From positions 9,589-73,588 of the forward strand of contig JACROU010000049.1 in the NCBI GenBank assembly GCA_016214265.1: DNA of 64,000 nt. The letters are read 5' to 3'. Shown here one piece after another: positions 47,214-55,907 of this stretch. The translations under genes and the position numbers were made by a program. The DNA comes from Candidatus Omnitrophota bacterium (GTDB lineage Bacteria > Omnitrophota > Omnitrophia > Omnitrophales > JACROU01). The number at the start of each line of letters is the position of its first letter. Position 1 is the first letter of the stretch. The notes below the pieces were generated by a model that was not told the origin of the DNA, ran no database searches, and saw nothing but the letters and a program-made list of their open reading frames with translations.

Positions 47214-48515
47214 ATGAAATCGACCGCGTTAAAAATTCTCAAAACTTTAAGAAAATCCGGGTATGAAGCACTTTGGGCCGGGGGGAGTGTTCGGGATTTG
47301 GTTATGAGAAAAAAGCCGCATGATTTCGATATCGCGACTTCTGCCAAACCGGAAGATGTGGAACGGTTGTTCAAAAGGACCATTCCTGTCGGCAAACAGT
47401 TCGGTGTTATTTTGGTTCATGAGGACGCTCAGAACTTTGAAGTGGCAACGTTCCGTTCCGAAGGTAAGTATGTTGACGGACGGCATCCGGAAGAAGTGCG
47501 TTTTACCACGGCGAAAGAAGATGCTCTGCGTCGGGACTTTACGGTAAACGCGCTTTTTTATGATCCGATAACGAAGAAAGTAATAGATTATGTGGACGGC
47601 CGTAAAGATATTCGCGCAAAAATTATCCGAACGGTAGGGGATCCGTACAAACGATTTGAGGAAGATAAGCTTCGTATTCTTCGGGCGATTCGTTTTGCCG
47701 CTAATCTCAATTTCAACATTGAACCGAATACCTGGAAAGCGGTCCGGGATACAGCGTCTAAAATTAATCAGGTTAGTCAGGAGCGGATTCGTGAAGAGCT
47801 CGTCAAAATTCTTACTCGATCCAACGCCGGAAAAGGGCTGCTTCTGCTTGACGAAAGCGGTTTGTTGAAAGAAATTTTGCCTGAAATTGCTGCAATGAAA
47901 GGTGTTGAGCAGGGAAAAGATTTTCATCCAGAAGGGGATGTTTTTATTCACACCAAATTGCTGCTCGATAAATTAAAGCATCCAGACGTGACGCTTGCTT
48001 TCGGGGCGCTCCTTCATGATGTGGGCAAGCCCGTAACGTTCCAGCGGGAAGGTGAGAAAATCCATTTTTATCAGCATGCCGATATCGGTGCTCAAATGAC
48101 GAAACAATTGATGAAGCGGCTGCGGTTTTCGAATAAAGAAATTGAGGATGTTACGGAATGTGTTCAAGACCACATGAAGTTCGCGGATGTGAAGAAAATG
48201 CGTGAGGGTAAGTTAAAACGATTTCTGGCCTCTGAAACTTTTTCGGTTCAACTGGAACTTCACCGGATCGACTGTCTTTCCAGCCACGGAAAGCTGGATA
48301 ATTATCAATTTTTGAAGAATAAGATCCGCCAAATCCGCAAAGAAGACTTGAAACCCAAGCCATTGATTAGTGGAGAGGACTTAATTGAGGCCGGATATCG
48401 GCCTGGGCCGGCAATGGGTAAAATTCTCCACGAAGCCTATGATGCCCAGCTGGAAGGGGTTATAAAGAATCGGGAAGCGGCTTTAAAGTGGGTTGAAGGG
48501 CGTTTTAAGTGTTAA
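47214..48515 (+). CDS. cca: CCA tRNA nucleotidyltransferase (class II, with HD domain)
   Basis: 433 aa. GGSVRDL...DFDIAT Pol-beta NT motif, RRDFTVNALFYD, and a C-terminal HD (LLHDVGK). Confidence 0.85.
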   Translation: MKSTALKILKTLRKSGYEALWAGGSVRDLVMRKKPHDFDIATSAKPEDVERLFKRTIPVGKQFGVILVHEDAQNFEVATFRSEGKYVDGRHPEEVRFTTAKEDALRRDFTVNALFYDPITKKVIDYVDGRKDIRAKIIRTVGDPYKRFEEDKLRILRAIRFAANLNFNIEPNTWKAVRDTASKINQVSQERIREELVKILTRSNAGKGLLLLDESGLLKEILPEIAAMKGVEQGKDFHPEGDVFIHTKLLLDKLKHPDVTLAFGALLHDVGKPVTFQREGEKIHFYQHADIGAQMTKQLMKRLRFSNKEIEDVTECVQDHMKFADVKKMREGKLKRFLASETFSVQLELHRIDCLSSHGKLDNYQFLKNKIRQIRKEDLKPKPLISGEDLIEAGYRPGPAMGKILHEAYDAQLEGVIKNREAALKWVEGRFKC

Positions 48516-48583
48516 ACTTCTTATAGAATGCGCTTTTATATGAGAAAATACGCAATTCCAGCATGTGAGAGGGGGGCTTAAGG

Positions 48584-49048
48584 ATGAGCGTCTCCATTAA
48601 GTTAAAAGATCTTCTGGACAAGAATCGTATCAAATACAAAGCAATGGTCCACAGCCGGGTAATTACGGCGCAAGAAGTTGCGCAGGTCGAACACATTCCT
48701 GGGAGGGATCTTGCAAAAACTGTGGTAATCCGTAAAGGCAAAGAGTACTTTTTATTTGTTCTACCGGCTCCGAAGCAGGTTGATTTTTCCGAGGTGAGAA
48801 AATTGTTTAACTCACACGATGTTGCCCTTGCTACGGAAGCGGAATTCCGGGGGCTTTTTCCGGATAGTGAGTTGGGGGCAATGCCTCCTTTCGGAGTTAT
48901 CTATGGAATTAAAACGTACGTGGATGACTCGCTGAAATCTGAAAAAGAAATTGCATTTAATGCCGGTACGCATACGGACACCATTTTGATGTCCCGTGAG
49001 GATTATGAAAAAGTGGTTAAACCCGATTACATTAAGTTCGCAGCATGA
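48584..49048 (+). CDS. YbaK/ProX-like aminoacyl-tRNA deacylase domain protein
   Basis: 154 aa. KTVVIRKGKEYFLFVLPAPKQVDFSEVRK...AEFRGLFPDSELGAMPPFG pattern of the YbaK/ProX editing-domain fold. Confidence 0.6.
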   Translation: MSVSIKLKDLLDKNRIKYKAMVHSRVITAQEVAQVEHIPGRDLAKTVVIRKGKEYFLFVLPAPKQVDFSEVRKLFNSHDVALATEAEFRGLFPDSELGAMPPFGVIYGIKTYVDDSLKSEKEIAFNAGTHTDTILMSREDYEKVVKPDYIKFAA

Positions 49049-49458
49049 ATATCATGGATAAACCCGAACTACAGTTTTCGGTGATTTGCGATGACATCCG
49101 CCGGGAAGATAACGGGAAGTTAATGTTATTGGGACTGTTTGAGGTGATTGCCGCGCGGCAATTTCCTGCCACCCATCCGCGACTTTTTATCGCCAACCGG
49201 TGGTGCAAATGGGATGGTCGATTCAAAGAAAGAACCCGCATCGTTTATTCCGAAACAAAAGAAGTGATTGTGGAAAGTCCCGAGGTTGAAGTTGAACTTC
49301 AGGATTTTTCAACGCATCACACGGTGCTCTCTCAGTTCGATAATGTGAAATTTCCCGGACCTGGAAAATATTTTGTCGAGATATTGCTCGACGGTGAGCT
49401 TTTCCGTTATTTCCCAATCAATCTGCTTGCAATGAACCAAGAATCACGAGAATCATGA
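49045..49458 (+). CDS. hypothetical protein (small, cytoplasmic)
   Basis: 137-aa ORF with good coding periodicity, a 4-nt overlap with both neighbours (ATGA junctions), and no recognisable motif. Confidence 0.4.
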   Translation: MNIMDKPELQFSVICDDIRREDNGKLMLLGLFEVIAARQFPATHPRLFIANRWCKWDGRFKERTRIVYSETKEVIVESPEVEVELQDFSTHHTVLSQFDNVKFPGPGKYFVEILLDGELFRYFPINLLAMNQESRES

Positions 49459-50180
49459 ACCTCGTTAAATTATTAATTCTTTCTCCGGCATGTTATTTTT
49501 TTTTAGCGACATCTTGCTGGGCGGGCGTGTATTTCGAATCTGAAATTCATTCCAATCTCGATCCTGATATCCACAAGTCTCAGACATTTATTTCCGGCAC
49601 CAAGATGAAGACTTTAATCGACGATTCGTATGGTTGGATCATTGATCTTTCAAGCGGCAAGCTCATTGATTATGATCTCTCCAATAAAACGTATTACGAA
49701 ATATCACTTACAGATATGTCCAAGGAGTGGGAAGCCATCGGGGTCAAGATGAAAAGTGTGGAATCACAAAATAAACAGCAAGAAAACGTTTTTGTTCCGG
49801 TGCTCAAAAGAGTAAAGAAAACGAAAAAAATCATGGGATATGACACGAGCTTGGTGCAGGTGGACTTGAATCAGACTGAGAGTCAGGATTTGTGGGTCAC
49901 CAAACAGATTCCTTCTACGGAAGAAGTACTGAATTTTTGGCGTGCCTTTTACCGATATTCGTCGTCTCCGCTCAAACAATTTGAGCCGTTAAAGCGTCAT
50001 TTTGAAATCATGTCTAAACTTGATGCATTTGTAGTGCTTAGAAAGACCCAAATTCATCCTCCGGGAGTGGTGGGTGCATTTGAGGAAGAGGAGCAAGTGA
50101 CCAAAGTCGAAGATCGAAATTTTGCGGCAGATTTTTTTGAATTGCCGAAAGATTTACAAAGAAAGGATTCGATATCATGA
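49455..50180 (+). CDS. hypothetical secreted protein (signal peptide; beta-rich)
   Basis: 241 aa. N-terminal MNLVKLLILSPACYFFLATSCWAG signal. No family assigned. Confidence 0.4.
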   Translation: MNLVKLLILSPACYFFLATSCWAGVYFESEIHSNLDPDIHKSQTFISGTKMKTLIDDSYGWIIDLSSGKLIDYDLSNKTYYEISLTDMSKEWEAIGVKMKSVESQNKQQENVFVPVLKRVKKTKKIMGYDTSLVQVDLNQTESQDLWVTKQIPSTEEVLNFWRAFYRYSSSPLKQFEPLKRHFEIMSKLDAFVVLRKTQIHPPGVVGAFEEEEQVTKVEDRNFAADFFELPKDLQRKDSIS

Positions 50181-50719
50181 AAAAATTGATTCTGACTGTT
50201 TTGGGGCAGGACCGGCCGGGTATCGTTGCAGAAGTGACAGGCGTTTTATTTAAGCATCATTGCAATATCGAGGATTCCAGCATGACGATTCTTGAGGGGG
50301 AATTTGCCATGTTGTTGGTCGTTTCGCTACCGGAGAATATGAATTCGTCAGATTTGAAGGAGAAATTTGATTCGCTTGTGAAGAAGTCAGATCTTTATAT
50401 CAACATCAAAAGTTTTGCTGAAGGGGTGTTGAAAAGCGTTGTCCCTGAACCCAGGAATTATGTCATTTCGGTGATCGGTGCTGATAAACCCGGTATTGTT
50501 TATCATATTGCCAAATTACTGGCGGAACACGATGCCAATATCACTGACGTGGAAACCAAGCGTATTGGCAAGGGTGACCGCGTTGTATACGCCATGATTT
50601 TGGAATCGAACATTCCGGTGAATGTGAAGATTCCTCAACTTGAATCAGAATTTGCCGAGCTCGGTAAGAAGCTTTCCGTTGAAATAACGATTAAACCCAT
50701 AGAATCATTGACGTTTTAA
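50177..50719 (+). CDS. tandem ACT-domain protein (GcvR/UPF0237-like)
   Basis: 180 aa. Two ACT-like repeats (LILTVLGQDRPGIVAEVTGVLFKHHCNI and VISVIGADKPGIVYHIAKLLAEHDANI). Confidence 0.65.
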   Translation: MKKLILTVLGQDRPGIVAEVTGVLFKHHCNIEDSSMTILEGEFAMLLVVSLPENMNSSDLKEKFDSLVKKSDLYINIKSFAEGVLKSVVPEPRNYVISVIGADKPGIVYHIAKLLAEHDANITDVETKRIGKGDRVVYAMILESNIPVNVKIPQLESEFAELGKKLSVEITIKPIESLTF

Positions 50720-50721
50720 TC

Positions 50722-51219
50722 ATGACCGTTCGGCGTATTGTTGAATATCCTAATCCGCTTTTGCGCCATGAAACAATCCCTGTCGCAAAAATCGATTCAC
50801 GAATCCGCCAACTTATTACGGATTTAATAGACACACTGCATGCGTTTCCTGGATGCGTGGGAATTGCCGCTAATCAAATTGGAGAGCGGGACAGGATTGC
50901 TATTGTGGATGTCTCTGAAAAGGAAAAAGATAAAAATGCACTTATTCTGATCAATCCTCAAATCGTTTCTTTCATCGGAGAGAAATTTTTGCGGGAAGGA
51001 TGCTTGAGCGTCCAAAATCTGACGGCAAATGTTAAACGGTCCGATGAAGTGGTGGTGGAGTGGATGGACGAGAGCGGCAAAGAGCGGGTTCATCACGCTC
51101 ATGGCATTGAAGCGGTTTGTATTCAGCATGAAGTGGATCATTTAAATGGCGGACTTTTTATCGATCGTGTTTTAAACGCGCAGACGGATATTTTTAGACG
51201 AAAAAAATACCTGCATTGA
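50722..51219 (+). CDS. def: peptide deformylase
   Basis: 165 aa. GIAANQIG, EGCLSV and HEVDHLNG motifs. Confidence 0.88.
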   Translation: MTVRRIVEYPNPLLRHETIPVAKIDSRIRQLITDLIDTLHAFPGCVGIAANQIGERDRIAIVDVSEKEKDKNALILINPQIVSFIGEKFLREGCLSVQNLTANVKRSDEVVVEWMDESGKERVHHAHGIEAVCIQHEVDHLNGGLFIDRVLNAQTDIFRRKKYLH

Positions 51220-51974
51220 AAGGAGACATATTTACAGTCATGTCGGAACCTCGAGGTGAAGTGAAGTATTTGTTTGTTAAGCGAGATGCGTATTCTAGGC
51301 TCGCCATTGGAATTTTGTCCATTTTAGTAATTATCCAGATACTGTTTTTTGTTTGGACTTTAAAACTGCTCGCAAACCGTCAGCCTGTCAAAAAACACGT
51401 GGCAGCGGTTAGGGTGATTGAAAAACCCGTTTTGCGCTCGAAGGTTTATGCGCCCAAAACGGTTTCGACTAGCGTGGTCAAGGAAGAAACCCCAATTCGC
51501 GTGAAGCCGGTGGGAGAGCGGAAAGGTGTTTCATTCACTTTTGACGATCCTCAGGCTCATCCCAAAATTGGCGAGGAATTGGTTCTGGCAAAAAAGAATT
51601 CGAGCAATTTGGCAGAGACAATTTCGGTGCATGTTGATGAAGCAGCCCGTTTGGGGGTGAAAGGCAAGGGGTTAAGAATTGAATATCAATTTTTGGATGC
51701 CAGTTCGTTTATGGATTGGGTCGGGCTCGACTTTAGGGTGCCGAGCAAGGGTTCTGAATTAATTTTCTGGATTCGGGGCGATGCCAAAACCGGTTTCAGC
51801 CAAAAACTGAAAGTTTTGATTTCTTCAGGCGGACAAACAAGGACTTTGCCAATTAACGCACTTGGCGCGTTCTGGAAACGGGTGCATTTTCCAGTTAGCG
51901 GAAATGTGGATTCAATACGACTGATCATTTTGAGATCAAATGATTACGACACTGACGGTAAACCCTGCGATTGA
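51216..51974 (+). CDS. hypothetical membrane-anchored protein
   Basis: 252 aa. Single N-terminal TM (LAIGILSILVIIQILFFVWTL), then a beta-rich domain. No family recognised. The start may be the internal Met at about 51240. Confidence 0.4.
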   Translation: MKGDIFTVMSEPRGEVKYLFVKRDAYSRLAIGILSILVIIQILFFVWTLKLLANRQPVKKHVAAVRVIEKPVLRSKVYAPKTVSTSVVKEETPIRVKPVGERKGVSFTFDDPQAHPKIGEELVLAKKNSSNLAETISVHVDEAARLGVKGKGLRIEYQFLDASSFMDWVGLDFRVPSKGSELIFWIRGDAKTGFSQKLKVLISSGGQTRTLPINALGAFWKRVHFPVSGNVDSIRLIILRSNDYDTDGKPCD

Positions 51975-52881
51975 TTTAACTCTTGAGGTGAACGGACTTG
52001 TGGTTGAAGACGTCAACCGCGTGAAGCATTTCCATGAGAATATCGGGGGAAAAGGAATTAATGTTTCCAAAGTGCTTCATGAGCTGGGGCTTGCGAAATT
52101 ACACACCCTCGCCGTACTTGGCGGAAGACGCTCTGGCCGTTTCGAGCGTATTGCAAAATCAGACGGACTAAAAATCAACAAAGTTCAGATTGCGGATGAG
52201 ACGCGAATTAACATCACGATTTATGACCAGTTGAGTCACAAAACCACAAAATTAAATCAGCCTGGCCCTCAAATTACAGTCGCTGAGGAAGAAAATTTAC
52301 TCGAAATTTGTCTTAAAACCGCCAGAATCAGCAAATATTTTTTAATGGCAGGTTCATTGCTGCCAGGGTTAAAGATGAATTGGTACGCCAAGTTACTGTC
52401 GAATATAAGGGGAAATGGTTCGTATGTGGCTCTGGATGCTGATGGTGAAACGCTGAAGAAGGCTCTGCCAGAAAAGCCTTCGTTAATTAAGCCCAATCGA
52501 TACGAAGCTGAGCGTGTATTGGGTAAACGGCTTCCCAATGAGAAATCTTTGGTCTGGGCAGGTCGGCGTTTGCGCGAAATGGGGGCTCAGAACGTAATAC
52601 TTTCCCTAGGCGGGGAAGGGGCCTTATTTTCAGGTAAAGAAGGGGCATGGCGCGGCTATTCTATCCCTGTTCGGGCCAAGTCCACTATTGGGGCTGGTGA
52701 CTCATTGATGGCTGGATTTTTATTCCAGCAGATTCGAGGGAAAAGTATTCCAGAGTCACTTGCTTTTGGAATGGCCTGTGGAACTCATACAGCGACTTTG
52801 GGAGCTACAGAATTTTGCACGAAACCGGAAGTGATGAAATTGGTGTCGAAGATGGTTATTAAAAAAGTGAATGGAGATTAA
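51940..52881 (+). CDS. PfkB-family carbohydrate kinase (1-phosphofructokinase / tagatose-6-phosphate kinase-like)
   Basis: 313 aa. N-terminal TLTVNPAIDLT, GGKGINVS, and the C-terminal GAGDSLMAGF anion-hole motif of ribokinase-superfamily kinases. Confidence 0.75.
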   Translation: MITTLTVNPAIDLTLEVNGLVVEDVNRVKHFHENIGGKGINVSKVLHELGLAKLHTLAVLGGRRSGRFERIAKSDGLKINKVQIADETRINITIYDQLSHKTTKLNQPGPQITVAEEENLLEICLKTARISKYFLMAGSLLPGLKMNWYAKLLSNIRGNGSYVALDADGETLKKALPEKPSLIKPNRYEAERVLGKRLPNEKSLVWAGRRLREMGAQNVILSLGGEGALFSGKEGAWRGYSIPVRAKSTIGAGDSLMAGFLFQQIRGKSIPESLAFGMACGTHTATLGATEFCTKPEVMKLVSKMVIKKVNGD

Positions 52882-52883
52882 AC

Positions 52884-54539
52884 ATGAGTGAAATTCTGAA
52901 AAAAATTTCAAAATTGGTGGAATCGGAAGATCCTGAACTGGCTGGCGCAAGCTTAAAAGTGGTCGGCGCGTTAAAACTCAAAAACAATCAAATTTTCAAA
53001 GGAATCAAGAAACATATTGAGAATGAGAATCCGCGATTGAAACAGGCCGCAATTGATACGTTGGGAAGAATCGGTTCTCAGGAATCCGTAGCGTATCTTT
53101 TTCCTATTTATAAGAATGACGCGAATTTAAGATCTCAGGTAGGGCATGCATTGGCTCAAATCGGGGATCCCGTGCTTCCGGCGCTTGAAAAAGAATATGA
53201 AAAAGCTGGGAATCAGCGGGAATATCGAAAATCGCTTCTTTCCGTGATTGCTCGGGTGAAATCACACGGGGCATTGAAATTTTTACTTGGGGCGTTATTT
53301 GATGAGGATTTGGAGATTTTAAAGCATGTTTGTTATGAAATGCGTAATGTTATCGAAAAAATAGATCTGAAAGAAAAAGCGAGTATTCAGCTTGCGGTAG
53401 CTGAAGGGATTCGCCGTGCGCAAACAAAAAAATTGAATAACACGCTCGTTTCTTTAATTATTATAGTCGGATATTTGGCGGATAAAAAATCCAAGAAAAC
53501 CTTGCTTCATTTTCTGGACAAAAAATTCCCATTCGTTCTGCGCCGCAACGCGCTGATATCTTTGGGGAGAATAGGTCTTCAGGGAAAAGGAAACGAAGAC
53601 ATGGTTGATGTTTTGGTGGCACTTTTTGAAGACAATGATTTTGCTGGTTTTCACCGCAGTATTATTGAAATCCTGGAAAAGCAGGAATTTTCAAAACCGG
53701 TTCTGAAACAGATCGTTAGACATGCGGAAAGCAAGTCGCCTGAAATCCGGCGTTTTGCGCTCTCTAAAATGAGCCATGTAGACACAAAAGAAAATGTGCA
53801 GCTACTGGTGAATAATTTGTTTCATCAGGATTATCAGGTACGCCAGTCATCGGAAGAAGCGCTGAAGAAAATGGCTTCGTCCGTACCGACATTGCTAAAA
53901 GTTCTGGCAAAAGAAGAATCCCCGGATCGATTGAACCGGATCGGGAATATTTTGTCGTTTCATCGCGGCGAGGTCTCTCAGTTGCGACTTAAAGAGATTT
54001 TCGCCTCGATGGAAAAGGCCATTGAGAAATTTGAGGATGTGAAAGCCCAGGCATACTTCAATATGCTGAAGCAAATCAACCCCGACTTCACACATCACGC
54101 GATTTTGAAGGAAGCGGCAGCTCTCAAAACAAAGAAAAAGTACAAAGAAGAGGTTAAATTGCTTGAATTATTGTCTTCTAGCACCGTTTTTACTAAAGAA
54201 GCTAAATGGGAGCTTATGGTGGCAAATTTGAAGCTTTCGTCAAAGGATTTGTCATCCGTAGCCAGAAATAATGATAGGGCTCTGGCTATGGTTATGGGGT
54301 TTATCAAGGCTCAGGACAAGGATTTGATCAAACGTCTATTCAAGGAAAAGGTGTTAACGCCTCAGGAGCTTTATTATCTGGGATTTCATTTCTCGGAAAA
54401 ACTATTCGATCAGAAACAATTTGGGGTGGACTTACTCAAGACCATGATAAAAAAGTCGCCTCGAAATCAGTTCAGCATTCAGGCGAAAAAGCGCCTGCAA
54501 GTCGTAGGAACTGCCACACAAACACTCGAGCAAAGCTAA
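52884..54539 (+). CDS. HEAT/PBS-lyase-type repeat protein
   Basis: 551 aa, all-helical, with repeated A..ALG.IG....V..L motifs (AIDTLGRIGSQESVAYL, VGHALAQIGDPVLPAL, ALISLGRIGLQG). Confidence 0.6.
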   Translation: MSEILKKISKLVESEDPELAGASLKVVGALKLKNNQIFKGIKKHIENENPRLKQAAIDTLGRIGSQESVAYLFPIYKNDANLRSQVGHALAQIGDPVLPALEKEYEKAGNQREYRKSLLSVIARVKSHGALKFLLGALFDEDLEILKHVCYEMRNVIEKIDLKEKASIQLAVAEGIRRAQTKKLNNTLVSLIIIVGYLADKKSKKTLLHFLDKKFPFVLRRNALISLGRIGLQGKGNEDMVDVLVALFEDNDFAGFHRSIIEILEKQEFSKPVLKQIVRHAESKSPEIRRFALSKMSHVDTKENVQLLVNNLFHQDYQVRQSSEEALKKMASSVPTLLKVLAKEESPDRLNRIGNILSFHRGEVSQLRLKEIFASMEKAIEKFEDVKAQAYFNMLKQINPDFTHHAILKEAAALKTKKKYKEEVKLLELLSSSTVFTKEAKWELMVANLKLSSKDLSSVARNNDRALAMVMGFIKAQDKDLIKRLFKEKVLTPQELYYLGFHFSEKLFDQKQFGVDLLKTMIKKSPRNQFSIQAKKRLQVVGTATQTLEQS

Positions 54540-54604
54540 CGCAAATTGTACGTAGAAGGAAAAGTATTATGATGTATAACGTCCTATAATGTATCTTATG
54601 TTAA

Positions 54605-54949
54605 CTATTTGTATATAGTGAATAGCGCCTGCAGGCCTTTGCAGTATTCCAGTGCATCCTGGGTTTTCCATCGGGTGGGAAAGTCGCGGCATTGTGCGGG
54701 TTTTACTGAGTGAATGCGGCAAGTGTTTCCTTCAAGCATCAGACACGAGCCATCGGGCTTGTTTTTGAGGGTTAATCGCGGCTTTTCGATGAGGTCACAG
54801 AAGCTATTGACGAAGGTCTCTTCTGTGATGTTTAAATGCTCTGAGATGCGGCTTATTTCATTCGTGGCGATATAAATATAGCCGGGATTAGTGCAGCATT
54901 TAAGGCAGCGCTGGCATTGGAATTCGTCTAAATGGTCCAAATAACTCAT
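54605..54949 (-). CDS. ykgJ: YkgJ-family cysteine-cluster protein (UPF0153)
   Basis: 114 aa. CQRCLKCC near the N-terminus plus C..C..C in the C-terminal half. Confidence 0.65.
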   Translation of the reverse strand: MSYLDHLDEFQCQRCLKCCTNPGYIYIATNEISRISEHLNITEETFVNSFCDLIEKPRLTLKNKPDGSCLMLEGNTCRIHSVKPAQCRDFPTRWKTQDALEYCKGLQALFTIYK

Positions 54950-55389
54950 TTTAATTTGCTGGAAACCAGGGAACTAACAGCTTTCCCATCTGCCCTCCCT
55001 TTAGTTTCTTCCATCACAAGTTTCATGACTTTACCCATATCCGCCTTGGTCGAAAGTCCGCTTGCGGCAAGGACTTTATTGACGATGGCTTCCAGTTCCT
55101 GAGACGTCATTTGTGCGGGTAAATAGGTTTCGAGGATTTTTAGCTCACGCTCTTCTTTGGCTACGAGGTCGGGGCGGTTACCTTTTTTGAACTCTTCAAT
55201 ACTATCGCGTCGCTGTTTCACCTGCCTCGTGATAATCAGGATGACATCCTCATCCACAGCATCCTTTTTTATTTTTTCGATAAGATATAGTTTTACGGCG
55301 GACATAACTCCCCGAAGTGTGTTTGTGCGGACTTCATCCCGGTCTTTCATTGCCGCTTTCATATCATCTTGAATTTTTACCAGAATCAT
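54946..55389 (-). CDS. yqeY: GatB/YqeY domain protein
   Basis: 147 aa. DDMKAAMKDRDEVRTNTLRGVMSAVK...ILETYLPAQMTSQELEAIV signature. Confidence 0.75.
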   Translation of the reverse strand: MILVKIQDDMKAAMKDRDEVRTNTLRGVMSAVKLYLIEKIKKDAVDEDVILIITRQVKQRRDSIEEFKKGNRPDLVAKEERELKILETYLPAQMTSQELEAIVNKVLAASGLSTKADMGKVMKLVMEETKGRADGKAVSSLVSSKLK

Positions 55390-55403
55390 GATTCTTTCTC
55401 CTC

Positions 55404-55901
55404 TTATTGTTGATATGCGTCTGAAAGTTCAACTATTTTTGCTTGAAGTTTTGACAGATCCAAAAGAGCGACCGTCGGCTTGCCGTTCATGAGTCCGGAG
55501 CCTTCTCCGGGATTTAAAATTAGCGCCCGGTTCATTTTCTCGATTCTTGAGTTGTGAGTATTGCCGCAAATAATAATATCCACAAGCGTGCTTTCTTTGC
55601 CGAGGTTAACCGTCTTTTCGTCATGAATGATCAAAATTGATCGGTTATCTAAAATTAAATAATACGGAGGTTCTTTAATCGCGCCATGTGAAATATCAGC
55701 CGGACCCATTTTCCGGGCGTCGCTGTTGCCAAGTACCGCAAAAAATGGCACGCCGGAACATAGAAATTCCTTGGCGGTGGCCGGAGATGTGAAATCTCCA
55801 GCATGGATGATAGCGCCGACTTTTTGGGCTTTAAAAAATTTTATCGCATTCTGTACTTCCAGAATCGCGTCATGAGTGTCTGAGATTACGCCTACGAGCA
55901 T
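55404..55901 (-). CDS. yfcE: YfcE/MJ0936-family metallophosphoesterase
   Basis: 165 aa. GVISDTHD, HAGDF and GNTH motifs of the calcineurin-like phosphodiesterase family. Confidence 0.7.
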   Translation of the reverse strand: MLVGVISDTHDAILEVQNAIKFFKAQKVGAIIHAGDFTSPATAKEFLCSGVPFFAVLGNSDARKMGPADISHGAIKEPPYYLILDNRSILIIHDEKTVNLGKESTLVDIIICGNTHNSRIEKMNRALILNPGEGSGLMNGKPTVALLDLSKLQAKIVELSDAYQQ

Positions 55902-55907
55902 GTGGAT

